From: Balanoglossus misakiensis
Taxonomy: Eukaryota > Animalia > Hemichordata
Assembly (NCBI GenBank): GCA_040954595.2
Contig: CM082597.2
Span: 3,086,265 to 3,150,264 of the forward strand
DNA length: 64,000 nucleotides
Reading direction: 5' to 3'
The notes beneath the pieces were generated by a model. The model did no database searches and was not told where the DNA came from. It saw nothing but the letters and a program-made list of their open reading frames with translations. The position numbers were made by a program, and so were the translations under genes. Shown one piece after another: positions 1-14,400 of the stretch. Each line of letters begins with the position of its first letter. Position 1 is the first letter of the stretch.

Positions 1-704
1 CTGATTTTCCAGTATATCTTTGCAATTTTAAATTCACTTCAGGTACGTTAGAAAAATAAATGATATCTAGATCTGTAGTTGAGCAAAGACGAAAAATGGT
101 TTACGTGACAAATCTTTCAATTTTACAAAAATCAAGCAGTGTTAGCTCTCCTAACTTTTTTCAGTGTGCCTAAGCCCTTATTAAAGCACACATGTTATAT
201 CTGTTTTCGTTTTGCAGGGAATGTTCATTTTCATTTTCCACTGCGCCATGAATGATGAGGTAAGAATGGAAATAATGAAAATTGATTTAGATCGACAAGA
301 TGACATTACTTTGACTGCATCTTATTCAACACACATTCGTAAAGTTAAAATTTTGCCTGCAACATCTGACACACAACGTGTTTCATACACAGGTAAAAAA
401 CAACTGTCACCGGCGCCTTGCCACCCGATTCTTCGCATCAAAATCCGGCGTGTCGTCTGCATGGGCAGACGATTCGAAGACAAAGAAAACAGCCAGTTCC
501 AGACTTGGTTCACCGTCAGTAAGTGAAGCATGAAACTTTCAAAAAATTTTGCTATTTTGCTATTTTTGGAACAGAATAAAACCGGAAATGACCGTTATTT
601 TAAACGTGCTTGTAACAAATTTATCTTCACAGCATACCAAAGTGGCTCCCCTGGAAGTCAACAAAGTCGACGTTGGATTGAAGACCAAAGACAGAAAGCA
701 TTAG
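1..704 (+). CDS. 3' end (TM7 and cytoplasmic tail) of an adhesion/secretin-class GPCR; 5' part lies outside the window
   Basis: Exons 1-42, 218-259, 393-518, 633-704 are joined by phase-0 GT-AG introns and give LIFQYIFAILNSLQ|GMFIFIFHCAMNDE|VKNNCHRRLATRFFASKSGVSSAWADDSKTKKTASSRLGSPS|HTKVAPLEVNKVDVGLKTKDRKH*. FAILNSLQGxFIFIFHC is the class-B/adhesion GPCR TM7 signature, with the typical intron after SLQ. Confidence 0.9.
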
Positions 705-900
705 ACAAAATATTTGTTTCATCTTCTACATTTTCACCATTGCACCTATTTTTCTTCTGATATGAGAATGTAATATATATTGGTAGCAATCTAAAGTCTT
801 TATCGTCTACAAATGACATTATTGAATATTCCTTTATGGTATAAGAAGGATCACGAGTGAATTAATGTGACGTGAACTTAGTGAGTTTGTAACACCAAAG

Positions 901-1523
901 ATGGATGCTCATTTGGAGAGGTTCCTGGACAATGTTGGTCAACAATCAAGAGGTGCTGCGTGGGTGTATGGAAGCAAAGCTAGAATTCCCAACAAAGTGT
1001 CTGACGAAATCATCAAAGTCATAGCAGACTCTTTACAAACGGTAGGATAATTCAGTTCCACGTGACAATATATTTCAATATTAGATTTTATGTAACTCTC
1101 AAATATTTGACCCATCTACCATCAGAGACGCTGATTATAACGAGCTTGTTATTGGATATTTTGCAGATAATAAACCCAATGGTACTGTTATGACAATACC
1201 AAATCCTGCAGGACTTCAGTAACGTAGCAATCCACGTGGATACATAAACTAACCGCGGGGTGAACTTGGATAATTATGGAAATACACAGGGCCTCGCCGT
1301 GACTTCAGGAAATGTGTCCAATACTAGTATCTCATTCCTTGAATGGCTTTTTGAACGCCTACACGAGAATGTACCTGTGTGGACAAAGACACGTACTATA
1401 TTGCTGCAAGCGAATCTATTGTAATTTGTGAAATGGGTGAAGGGGAAAACAGTGTCGTGGGCTGAGCTTAGCCTTCTTACTTGGAGACGTATTACCATAG
1501 ATGAACCTGAGCCAGATTTGTGA
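901..1523 (+). pseudogene. Possible two-exon pseudogene fragment (death-fold-like, uncertain)
   Basis: 901-1041 reads MDAHLERFLDNVG...KVSDEIIKVIADSLQT and ends at a GTAGG donor. An acceptor TTTTGCAG ends at 1166. The same frame continues 1167-1523 with 3 internal stops and includes SFLEWLFERLHENVPVWTKTRTILLQANLL. The amphipathic helix pattern is only suggestive. Confidence 0.25.
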
Positions 1524-1932
1524 TACAAGGCAGTCACGACCAAACCACAGGGATCAATCATGGCGAATGTATGTTCATGTAAAAGTCAACGACAATATGT
1601 ACACCATAACAGTGTGGGATTTGACTGAAATGAGATATTCGCGTGTAATGTATACACATGTGAAGTTTGCAGACGATAGAACACAGCGCGATAGAATATA
1701 TAGCGAACAGTGATGACATCATCGCAATATCCACTTTGTACTAGCTACATGGACGTGAAGTTACATTTTCTCTGCTCACCCGACAACATGTGTCGTCAAA
1801 GTGATTCTATTCTGGATGTTTACAGAAATCGTCTTAATTCTTGGCACATACCGGTAGTTCGTTCTTATTAACTAAAACTGATGCGATTAACAACGGCCAC
1901 TAGTTCCACAAACATTAAGAACATCACTGTTA

Positions 1933-2092
1933 GGGAGCCTTCAGTATTTACAAGGGGGGATGGACCGGGGGAATCACCAACACCACCACCACCAAAACCA
2001 CAACACCACCACCCACGCTGCCGCCACCACCAAAACCACCAACAGAGACCATTACCCCGGCCCACCCCCCTCTGTAAATACTGAAGGCTCCC
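1933..2092. mobile_element. PIF/Harbinger-type MITE (160 bp)
   Basis: Perfect 20-bp TIR GGGAGCCTTCAGTATTTACA / TGTAAATACTGAAGGCTCCC, flanked by TTA at 1930-1932 and 2093-2095. The interior is (CCA)-rich. Confidence 0.85.
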
Positions 2093-3099
2093 TTATTAGA
2101 CCTTATTACTTTCACCGGATGTACTGTTTAGAGAACTTCATGAGCGATTGAATAATGTATATACTACACACCAGAAAATATAATTTATACCGTACAGTTA
2201 TTTAGTCAACATTGTAATATACCTTTGTAAAATTCATGAGAGATAAGGTAATTTGTGATGACAATCGAGAAGTTGTATGCCAATGTCTTTATTCTATATT
2301 TTAATTAATTCATTATTTAAAATATATCACTGTTTAACTCACAATAATTAAAATTGCATCTTACCAACTCTGTATGAGTTTCGTGTTTATGTATTGTCAC
2401 TTTGTTTCACCCCAAATAAAAGGGTCTTCGACACAAAATCTTTGTTCACACTCAATGTAGTGAGTAAACTGGACGAGCGGTCATATGAACGACAGCACTT
2501 GTAGAGCATTTGAAGCAAGAGTGTGGATCACTTCAATTATAGGCAGCAGTGGGGCACATGGCGACCACCACGCCATTTTCGTTCTTTGATGGAACTTCCA
2601 ATGCACGACAAAGTGATACGAAAACTGATCATCCAGTTGGTTCTGGCAATTGTGCTCAGGGTGTATTGCGCATCACAGGAGGGAGAGTCGGGCATACTTC
2701 AACCTTTTGTGCAGTGTCAAATTTAAGGGAAATTACTTGATAAACTATACCCGGTGAATGGAAATGGGCAAAGACTTATTACGTTGGTTATATTGGACGA
2801 GAGGAAATGCCAATCGGACTATTATCACAAAAGGGACGTCATGCAACGTGTTGTTGATCGAGTGGACTACACAAATGTAAAAAAGCAAACCCGCAAAGAT
2901 GAAAACACGACAATGTATTGTTGTTGACTGCATGACATTTAAAAATTGCCCTGGCCGTGGGGGATTATTCAAAATGGATGACCAGGATAGATTATACCCT
3001 CTTCGTCTATATGACAGCAAAAATAATAAACTAGCCTCTTATTAATATCTATCTTTTCCTTACTAAGCATCGATTAATATCACAGTAATACATGAGAAA

Positions 3100-6000
3100 T
3101 GGAAACACATGGAGGCTATAGGTAATCTTAAATGAAAGGCTAATTCAGACAAATTTTCTTTAAATATAAAAATTGATTCAACCCATATGGCAACGCGAAA
3201 TGATTAATACGCAAATTAATAACATCTGATTTAGTGCACAAACATTAAGTATACAAAAAGGGCATTTATCACACTAGTTTGTATACAAGCAATATTTTCT
3301 ACTTATGAAAAATAAATGAGCGTTCTGACCGTGCAAGTGACAGACTTGCCATGTAATTATCAAAACACTATATGCCATTAATTAAAGTTCACATTCTGAT
3401 GATATATTCTACCCCATAATTTGTCGATATTTCTTTCAACCTGACACCACTTTTCCAACTGTGTTTAGATTTTTAACCTGCCTCGTCACTGGAGATTAAC
3501 GTTTCAGCACAGCAATATTGCTTATACACAAAGGCGAAGACTTGCAGGTACAAAATGTGATCTCCTTCGATCTTTTCTGTACAACTTGCACGTATTGATA
3601 ATTACGGTTTCGTAAGGGATTGTCAAACATCTTTGTCATCTGCTTCCGGTTGCACTTTTAGTCTTTACCTGTAACGCTAAAACTCGAGTTAGTTGGTACT
3701 TAAAATTTCATTACCGCTTTTGTGTCGGCTGATAAAGGAAAAGACGGTGATCATTCACTATTGACAGGGTTTCCTTCGAACCTTAAATCAGTACACTGAA
3801 CGTTCATTCTGTGCTACCCAAATCGACGGAAACCGTTTACAGCGAACGACTGATTGGAAATTACTGTCATTGAGAAATGTGCCATTTCCGATCAGGTGCC
3901 ACAGACTAAGCAATGGCGACCCATGTGAAGTTTTTGTCAATGTGTGATTATTGGCGTTATACTGATGGAACTACTCTGTGGACCTTTCACAGCACTTGAA
4001 ATGCTCACTTTGTACTGTGAGCGAAAACGCTTTGTACTATTCTCCATGAGTGTGGGCTGTTGACCTTTTTACGAAGGTGGATATCCCACTCGCTCTTTGA
4101 TGGCACAGCTCTTCAGGGCGAATGCCACAAGTCTGGGCAATACAGACGGGAAATTGTTAATTGTGAAAGAGTTAAGTAGGTGTGTTGCAATCGGACGTGT
4201 CTGATACAGGTGATACAAAAATAGCCAATGTTTGCGTAGACTTGCAAGGACGTCAAATGTTACATACTCAACAAGTCAAGGGTTGCGGGGCACAGAGATC
4301 AAGGGTTATGCAAATAACACTTAGGGCCTGCACTCAAAAGTGACGATCTGTCGCTACAGGAACACGCGTACATACATTAGTATTGTCATGTTCACACTAT
4401 ACATGTTTGGTATAAGGACACTAAAATTAAATGGAAGAAAGAGAGAAAATGCAACCCCACAACAATCACAAGTTTTATCAAATACTATTCCATTTTACTT
4501 AGACTTGCTGTCGTATGTTTCTGTCACAAAGAACTTTCAAAACATGTCACACATTTTTAATAGCTCTATGCACTCAAGGACAAAATACTCATCATTCCTG
4601 TGAGTTACAGTTTGAAGGGATTTTTGCATTAGTGTAATATTTTCCAGGATATAATTTTTATCAATTTTATTATCCTCAGTGTGATCGATAGTGAAATATT
4701 ATTTCCCACCAGGCTCAAAATGATACATAATGAATAGTGCTTATGAGGTCTCTCGATAAAATTAATTGCAAAAAACGTGACCAGAGCTACATCGTTTATC
4801 ATAACTATTGTTGACAATGCTATAGGTGTTTGATATTATGGTTACAAATGAGGCACAGGGGGCAACAAAAATCCATTAAAAGTTCCTTTTCGAACAAAAT
4901 ACCGTACCATAGATCACTGTGACAATGAAACGAGATCGTAGAACCACATGTTGGTCGAAGGTTTGCAGTATTCAAAGATAATATAATCATCTCACTCAGC
5001 GATAGATTCAACGGCCCTGCCACGCTCTGTCTGTACCCAAGGGCACATGGGAGCCAAACAGGAAATTAGTCTTGAACGGCAGTTTTGCATCATTTCAGAT
5101 GTTACTCACAAATTAGACACAGCACGGTATTAACATCATTCAGCCTAATGCGGGAAAAATAGATGGTAATGATGATTTACTCATTGGGTAGTCAAAACGA
5201 TCTGCCTTGTAATTTATAGCCTATCATCGAATTTTCTAGCTCAATTAACGCCGCTGTGAACTTGATCAGCACAAAATAAAAAGAGGCAGTCTAAATGTAG
5301 AAAAGGGAATATCGAAGGCTGTATGTTGGTTGCAAGGTCTTTGCACACTAATAGCAACTTGAAAGTACCCCCTAGTTTACCTTCGATTGAGAGTTATTCA
5401 TAGTCAATATATAATGTGTTTATGGTTAAACCGCAGCATTCATGATTACACGAATGCGGTTATTCTGCAAAATCATATGCAAGTTCTCCGAATAAGCAAA
5501 GTGTCACTCTTCTTAATTGTTGCAAAAATGCTCAAAACTTCACTTTGGCACGTTCTCTGTGTTACCAATACAAACACCTTTTGCAAGACATCATGTCAAT
5601 ACTTCCTGCCTATGAAATTAAACCTAGAATGTGGAGCAGACGTGACTGAATGTTAGAGACTTAAACAAGGACATTGAGCTCCTAGCTAATCACTTGTCAC
5701 TGGACATGACAACCAAGCGAGCGTAGCTGAATACTGGTAAATTTCATGTATTCATATTGCTGAGCTATTCAATAGAAAATATTCTGTTACTACAATCAAT
5801 ATTTTGGCACAAAACCGATTTATATTAAAATTGAACTTATTTGGGAGAACCCATCACAACAACCTTATACTAGCGATTGCAATACACCTTTTGCAATGCC
5901 ATCTTTAACTAATTTTGACGTGTGGAGACCTCAAAAGTATTTTGTTATTTTGGAGTGGCAATGCTGGGTAGATGAATTGCAGCATCTTGATTGAAAAGAG

Positions 6001-8430
6001 GAAACTCTTTACAACTTTAAAGGAATTCTTCTTTCGTCTTTAAGTGGCAATTCATCTGTATGTACGAGTTGGGATTTTGTACGAGGTGGGATTGTGTTAT
6101 TTTCTTAACATCGATCAAGTCAGAATGAGGGTGTATGGTTTCCATAAATTAGACAGGCGATGATTGACAGTAACCTGGCACGACATGATTATATTCTTGA
6201 AATTCCTGACTGTTTTCTGCTAACGACAATTTCACCACAGTATTCAACATCTCTGTGATGACTTGACTTGTATACTTTCAATTCGCGCTGTACTAACTAT
6301 GCCAAGATTGCCAACAACACCATTTGTAACCGGAGAGCGCACACTACCTCTGTCACTTTTCTAAAGCGATGGGTATAGGTTGTTCTCGCCTGAATCTAGA
6401 ATTTCCGAGTTGACTTTGACATATTTTACAATTCTGAGTGATCTGTCAAATCGCAGACTAGGCAAACATTGCCAATACATAATGTATAAACCATGAGACA
6501 TAAAGTGCTGAAGCGTATGACGGGCGGAAAATTTGCTAAAAAAATAACAATTTGTCGTGTGCATGACATGTTTACATTCGGATTGATAAAGGTATTGTTT
6601 ACACCGTCAGAGCACCAGCAACCATCAGTGCCTTGTCACTATGAATCAATATAGAACAGGACAGCCTTGCTGTTTCAACAGATTACGCGAAATGGAATTG
6701 ACAGAAAACTGAGTCTAGGTCACTCACTCGGCGAGCGCGTGACGTCAGTGTGCACAAATACCCCCACTTTGTCATTTTGATCCGATGTTGTTTAATTTTC
6801 ACCGGTGACTGTCATGAATTAAGCTCAGAGACGATGATCGATGTCACAGAATGGATGCGGGATATTTCCAATGGTTTCAATCAGGTCGCCAAGGCCGGTT
6901 CAGAGAAAATCACTTTCTGATGAAGCCAGTCAAAGTTTCAGTGGGGGAGCTTTCTGTCGGGAAGATGCGCAAACTATGAGAACGAGAACGACACGTACAG
7001 AATCCATCAATCTTAACTAATTCCTATTATTGCATTAGCTGTAATCCTGTCTATACTGTGGCTGCCCGCTCTTAGTTGCGTGCTCAGGATGAGGAAGTCG
7101 ACAACTGACGTGAAAGCAAAACCATAGAAATGGTCTTCAAAAGCGACAGAAAGACCATAAATCTGTGAAAACTAATCCAATTTTCAGACAGCAAATTATC
7201 CCTCAAGTACTATGGAAAAACTGACTATTTTTATGCACTCTTTGAAAAACGCGATTCTACCTGACAGTATTCACTGTACAATTTGCAAAATCTGTCGGGA
7301 ATTAACCCAACTTTACAGATTACAGGTACCAGGCTGATGATCTGTTCCTGTAGGGGGAAATCAAGAAATCTAGACATTCCATGACCAAATCGGTACGTGA
7401 AAATCCCAGACCTCTAACGACTATGTGATTGTTTTGGCTGGGTAGGAAATTGTGACGTGCCAATGTCGCCGTATAACAAATTTTCCTGGACCGGGTCACA
7501 GAGTTCAAGGTTATACATTGGGTGTACATATAAAGTAACAATATTTATAGTCGGATCGAAGATTAATTTATATTTTCCAAAGAAGATGTTGTTTTAATAC
7601 CCCTATGTATCAAAACTGTAACCTAGCAACTAACACAGTTGTGTGGTGTCAAGTTCGCGTATGCTATAGAGCTGCCAACATTGTTCCGAGCAGATGCCAC
7701 AATGTGTCGTCAAAATATGCATGATTTATGGTCGCGTGTTCGCCTGATAATTGAGAATGTGAATGTTTTACAGCCCGTAGTTATTATCAGGCAGCCTTTG
7801 TTATTCTGTCTGTGAATATGCCGCCACAATAACCCCAACACATACAAATAACATCCCTTTATGGAATTTTAGCCCAAATTTTCTTTTAAAACATTATCGT
7901 CTGTCATAAAAACATTGTATCGTAGTGTCAACATTCAGACGTAAACTTGTTTAAGGCAGTAAAACGTTTATCCAGATGGTTTGTCTAATGAAAACAGGTC
8001 GATCATGTTTATGCATATACCACCCGAGGCTGTTTTTCGTACATGAGCTCTGGACAACCTGTAAGTAACTGAGGAAAACTTCAGTGGAAACACTAGTCAT
8101 TTGTGTAGTTGTGACATTTCAGAACTAAATGATACTGACAAAATTATTCCGAACTTCTATCCTGAGAGGATTATGTACTTGTGTGATAATCCATCAAATC
8201 GGTCATTATCAGATACGACTTTGGCAAGTCCAATTCCAATTTCCTTTAATCTCGTCCACAGTTGTAATGTTAACTTTGATGATCGTCGTTTCTGAGAAAC
8301 CCTTATCCAAAAATGCCCTCAGTGATAAATGATGGTTTCCTTTCCACATTTTACTTTCAGGGAATTTCTTGGAAAATAGCTTTAGTGTCAGAGAATGTAT
8401 GGTATCCATCAAAGTTTACAGTTCAACCGG
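3100..8430 (-). pseudogene. Highly decayed LRR-receptor (Toll-like receptor-like) pseudogene; may be more than one copy; boundaries approximate
   Basis: LRR-like peptides occur on the minus strand among many stops and frameshifts: FDGLSHKYIILSG (~8.17 kb), ILDSGENNL (~6.39 kb), LPLQNNKI (~5.95 kb), FAYSENLHMILQNNRIRVIMNAA (~5430-5500), INTLYIDY..GGTFK (~5.4 kb), KGTFNG (~4.88 kb), LSLVGNNI (~4.7 kb). They are followed by LRRCT-like LRFEGNP (~3.77 kb) and a weak TIR-like stretch (~3.25-3.5 kb). Confidence 0.5.
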
Positions 8431-11400
8431 CGGCAAAATATCAATAAAACACAGAAGACAATCACAATTAAAGAAATTGAATTTTTTCTGAGTTATAGGT
8501 GGCTATATGGATTTAATTGGGATGTTCTCATTGCCTGAAACAACCGTAGTGTTTAAGTTTAACCAAGTCTCACGAGATCTCGCAATGAGTAAAAAAATCA
8601 ACCATTAATGGTCGTGCAAGTCAGCTTGCTTTGGGGTTTGTTTAATAAATACAGCATGAGTAATACTAGTACTTATGTTCATACAAATAGGGTAACATAT
8701 AAGCCTTAGTTATGACTATACGGATTTAGCAAAAGATGATCTGTTCCCAAAGGTAAAACATGGCATTAATAAACAATTATAGTATGGGTTCAGCGTGGCA
8801 CATTTTTGAGGGGGAAACAAAAATCATCCTTGTTTACCATGGCAACCTGCTAAATCACTCACTCTAGCAATAACATTCAATGGCACGTAAGAAGATTGCT
8901 CTATTTTTACAACAAAACCAATACTGAAACTCCCGCTGTGAGGTAAATTAAAACGAATTATGTAATTCAAGAGGTTTCTTCCTAACCTTGCCCCAGTCTT
9001 AGTTTTAATACTTTGACACAGGAAATTATTTCTGAACTGCTGTGAATGAAAATTACGATTTGGAGGAGCTGCAAGTGAATGTAATCTAAAGAATAATGAA
9101 CTTTGGTAATAGAATTTCTAAATCACATGTTATTTTATGGGGGTACATCATGTTGTTCATCTGCCCCTTTATGATGCAGTGCTGGAGTACAGATGCTCAC
9201 CACAATATCACCCTGGACAAATGAAAAACTGAATCGGTTTTTATATAAACCTATTACCAATATAAGTGCATTAATCACAATTTTGTGTCTATGTCTTTGT
9301 CTGCACATTTGGTTACAACTGACAGACCCATAATTCTCGAAATACCGGAGAATATTTTTCATCGCAGTTATGAACTGTCTATAGCAATTCTCTGAATGTA
9401 TATAAAGTTGTTTATCAAGCCAACATTGCCGAGGGCATAAAACGTGTAGGCGCATTATCTTTGTTTACCATGGCAAATTCAAAAGCATACCGTTACAGAA
9501 CATGAGTGCATGGCTGATCTCCATGGATGCATTAGTCTGATTAACACTTTGGCAAACCTAAGCAAAAATAGCATCTGGTTGCCTGGATTTATCTGTCTAA
9601 AAAGTGGCACGTGTTTCGCTGCTACACGTGTGAATAAAACTTGTACACGACACTGTATTTTCATTGTACTTTTCTTATGGAAACATTTCATTCGAAATAC
9701 AATATACATAATTATCAATTTCAGAAATAAACGGATATGTTTAAAGTGATAGAAACACATTTTAGTTATTTTAATGTAAACAGACTTAGCTTTTGACACC
9801 AAGGTCTGTATCAAGATAAGAGCTAAGATGCAAATTAGTTTGTCTGATAATCTGGAAACTTAATAAAATCATTCATTCCTGGAGGAAATGTGGATTGTTT
9901 TACACAGATTTCATTTCATTTATTCATTGCAGTTATCACGCTGTTGTATTTGATATTCATTGGCGCTTCCAGGCAAACAAGTCTGAAGAAAATAGAGAAT
10001 GGAGTCTATTTATATACATGAAGGCAATGTCAATTTTGCCATTGACATACCAAGACATGTTTACAGAGACAGTAAGACAGGGCAGGGACGTGGGTATGGA
10101 GAGTGACAGAGGGGGACCGACGAACAAACGAAGGGAGGAGACAGGGGACAAAGGGGCGGGCAGACAGACATACAGACAGACAGACAAAGGGAGATAGCAG
10201 AGATAATGAAAAGAAATAAATGCAAGTAAGCATGGTTTTTACTGACAAGGCCTGACCTGGCCAACAGCGACGCAAGTGCGCAAATGAAATTTGAAAGATC
10301 TGTATTCAGCAGCATTAAATTTAAATGGCCGCCATAAAACTGGAGTCCTGAATCCAATTTACTCTCTGTGTCGTCAATAGGTTTACTGTCGAATTTAATA
10401 ACTTTTGTGAAGTTTCTACATGTGTAGTCAATATATGCTACAGTAATTTAAGTAATGTACTTAAAATGTTACCCACGTTTAAGTCGACAGTAGATTTGAG
10501 AAATAATCTGTTATTTGACATACATTTTTTTTGACGTCCTTAAAGCCGGTTGCCATTTTGCACCGATTGAACAATCTGACAAGCCACCCGTAGACTTTAT
10601 TACAAGGTGTACAATCCCACTGAGTTACATAAACCATGTCAGTCATTCTGAGCAAACCAGTAAAACTAATCTCTTTGAGAAAATCAATTATAAAATCGTG
10701 TGAGTATTCTGGTTCAATGAAAGAATAACATGTTTAATTTACGTGCTTAATCCTCGTCGAGTGTCCCTCTGTAAAACATTGCATGAAGTAATTTGCTCAT
10801 GCAATGCGGACGTAAAAACAACTAGACGAAACACAGTTCATGTCATGAATACAAAATGTGGCACTGCGTTTCACGTTACTTTTTCGTTATTTCTGCATAG
10901 CATGTATATCTTGTGACCATCATCACAGGTCTATTCTGTATTCCCAATAACGTGCCAAATTAAATTTACATAAACAGGCACTACTAACTATTCTCTAATT
11001 TTGAAATATATAAAAAAATCGTGTCTGAATTGCGATTTAAGTACTTCGCTGCACAGTGATGTAATTCTGAAGATTTCATCTTAAAAGGATGAAGTTTCTA
11101 TGGCTTTGAATTAGCTGTCTCATAGACCAAACAATCACCAATCCCGAGGAAGCTGCTGCGTCTTCCTGTTGATTCATTACCGTATAGAAATACCTGATTT
11201 GACTGTCTGAATAGGGAGCTTTGTGCCACAGTAGTGAGACGGCAAGAATTGCATAATAAGGTCTCGGGTTGTCGATACACTGTGGTACACAAAACTCCCT
11301 ATTCGCCCAAGTTCTGTGTCCATTAATGAAAGCACGTGTCCACGCTTCTAATTTACCCAGAAGAATTACTGTTATTCAGTGTTATTAACCTGGTTGGAGC

Positions 11401-14400
11401 TGTCCCTGATCTAGTTCTATAATTTTAATTCTACCTTTCAAATCCCTGTTACATTCGTTTCTGCTTGTCTTCTCACAACACAATTAACTACTTGCTTTCT
11501 ACCACTATGTATGTGTCAGTTACCAATTTGTAATTAGTTTCAGAGAATTCGTTGAATATCTCTCCTGCACGTACAGTTAGTAACTAATCTATATTCCTAT
11601 TATAAGAGTTTACTGTCATATTTCTAGTCTACAACTGTAAATACTGATGTGTGAAACAAACTGTAAAATACTGCATGGACTTAGTCACGTACTGTACATG
11701 GTCTGCGTAAACAGGAAACAGTGCTGTGATTGCCAAAAATGTAAACATTGATCATGACATAAAATGATAATATCTAAGGCATGTGCAATGCATATTGTCA
11801 TATTAAGGTATTATTAAATAAATGTTCAATTGCTTTAAAGCAACACATAACAAACATATAACCACAATCGCGTGAGAGCTCAGGGAATGTTATTATTACT
11901 AAGAATAGCATCGTCAACACTTATAATTAAGAAAAGGGTGAAAGATTCGTAAAGTACGCATTACTTAGTTTCAGATATTTGCGGAAGTCACTGACATGTG
12001 CAAAAGTACATATGTTGTAACGCTGCCGTAAAGTTCCCGGATGTTTTCATTAACGTCGTTACACAGTTTTGCTTCCGCGTCGTAGCATTTAATAAATTTT
12101 GTGAACGCTTGATTTGTAGATGACACTTTATGAACATTTATTCCCCAGTTTCAAATTTGAAATCACTCAGGCTGTTTTGTTGCACTAGTGGCAACGGACT
12201 TTTAATAAACTGTACTTTCCCTTCACTCGCACTAGTTGTATGAAAAGATGTTTCTTTGTAAACCTGTTTGCCATCAATATGTCAGTTTCTTATCACTCAA
12301 CTTGCGTACTACTTTTAAGATGGGTTCATTTGAGATTCTCTGGGCCATGTAAATGCACTTAATTTAAGAGGTAGCTGCACTTTATATGGCGTTTCGTGCT
12401 TCATTCGGTTATTTTGCAGACAAGCATTGCTACAGGTTTAGAAAACTTAGGTAGGTGGCGTCACAGCCTAGTAGATACGACACCACGGTTATTACACACA
12501 TACAGGCTATGTTGACATGTGACAGGAAATTGAGGTGGTTTTAAAATAACAGGTATATTTGCCTAGAAAGAATATATACCAGAGGAAAACACTGACATAA
12601 TGTACACAGATAATCAATGATACATAGTACAAAGGACGCGATTCTCCTCGCGGTCCGACAAACGTTTGCACTTCCGACAGATTTCCTGATACGAACGTAA
12701 TATGGCTGTGTTTTATAGTACTTGCCGTCATGGGCGCAAACGGATAATTAATTGCTTCAAAGACACCGATTGTTTTGTATATTGGTTTTGGCAATTCCGC
12801 CAATGTAAGAAATAACGTTTGCAAATTTGCGATTTATGAGTTAGTCCATCAACGCGCAGACTCTGTTCCGGTTCGTGCGGTTTTCTTTTCGCACCTGGGA
12901 TCCTACTGTTCATTTCACATCCTCGGTGTAATTTCGCTGATTTAATAAGACGTAATTAAGGAGACGTGTTATGATCATATAACTGGTCATAAACATCCCT
13001 CACTAATTTGCCTGTCAATGCACAGTGATAAATCTATATCAGACGCCCACGGGTTAAAGAATACATCATTACCCGTGTAATAATTCTGTAATAAATCCCA
13101 AATGAAAATTATGGCTATTAAATGGGCTATAATCAATGTTTGATTTTATGTTATTGTTGTTGGTTAGTTCTAAATGTAAATTGATATAGTGATTTATGTT
13201 AAATGAAAACAGCTACATGTATGTACTGTAGGATTGAAATTGTTTAAGTGTGATTGTAATTTGTTGTACCCATTTTCATATCTGGCTAAAGCTCTTACCA
13301 AAAATCAAGGTTCTTATGTTTTACATCTTACAAAGTCAGCCAGGTATGGAAATGGCACTATCACAAATTCCATCGTAAAGCAATGTGAGGCTACTTTGCC
13401 ATGTTTTGACAGTTTACATATCAAATCCATAACTGAAATAACGGACAGGTGTAAATTGTCCTTGCCGGCAACAAGTCGTAATTTACATCATCGCGTCGCC
13501 GACAGTGTCGACGTTGTCTCGTTAGTGCACATTGTATGCTTCCGCACATCACATCACATCGCGTCGCGTCACACCGTGTGTCATCACGTCACCTCACACA
13601 TGTCACACAGGTGCAGCGTGCCTCATCTACCGAAGGAACGTGACCATCAAATATTCGCAGAAACATACAAAGAACGTACTCGTAACTAACAAAACTGAAC
13701 TGGCTTAATGTGAGGGAGGATTATCATGCCTGATCGCACACGCCAGGATGAACTGTCATGTGAACACCGTTGGTTATTAAAACAAGGCTACCGTTTCGTT
13801 TCCCTTCTCTTTTTAATATCCGTTAAGCACATGTCACGGCGCCGGCAATGTGCGTGGAGGTGTCATTAAAGCGTGTTGATGGCCGTGTTAAATGCCAACG
13901 CTGCCCACACGCCACGATCAAGCTTAGCATAACCTCTGACTCTGTCATTGGGATGTCTGAACCTCCCTGCCAACCCTGGTTCATATTGCTATTGCGCAAG
14001 AACAATGTGAACACACTGTAAATATATCAGTTTATCAAAACGCAAGAAATGATGGACTTGTTATTTAACACATATAAGCCTCTTCGTACACATATCCTGA
14101 TTTTCTATGTTTTATGAGTTGTTTTACTAGCACACGGTCGCACATCGGATTTGCCCGAGAAGCATAAAAAGGTCGTTGCAATCTCCATATTTCATCACAC
14201 AGACTTGCGTAAGCCGTGACAATCCCTTCAAATGTCTGGCATTGAATGGAAATTTTATAGACCCGCAGGATTTGCAGCAGACCTGCTTTGGTTGGCATTT
14301 GCGTGACAAGATTTCATAATCTCCACACAAGGTTTTAAACCCCTAAATACCATTGCCTTTAATGATAAAGGTTATTTCCATTTTGACTGACTTTTACTAT

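Noticed and set aside
8833-9476. Two X-box-like TGTTTACCATGGCAA motifs
   Set aside because: No adjacent gene start was identified; the shared flanks suggest repeat-derived copies.
11100-11570. Minus-strand peptide with YCGTKLP (CUB-like) and a possible acceptor near 11565
   Set aside because: A single short motif surrounded by stops, with no consistent exon structure.
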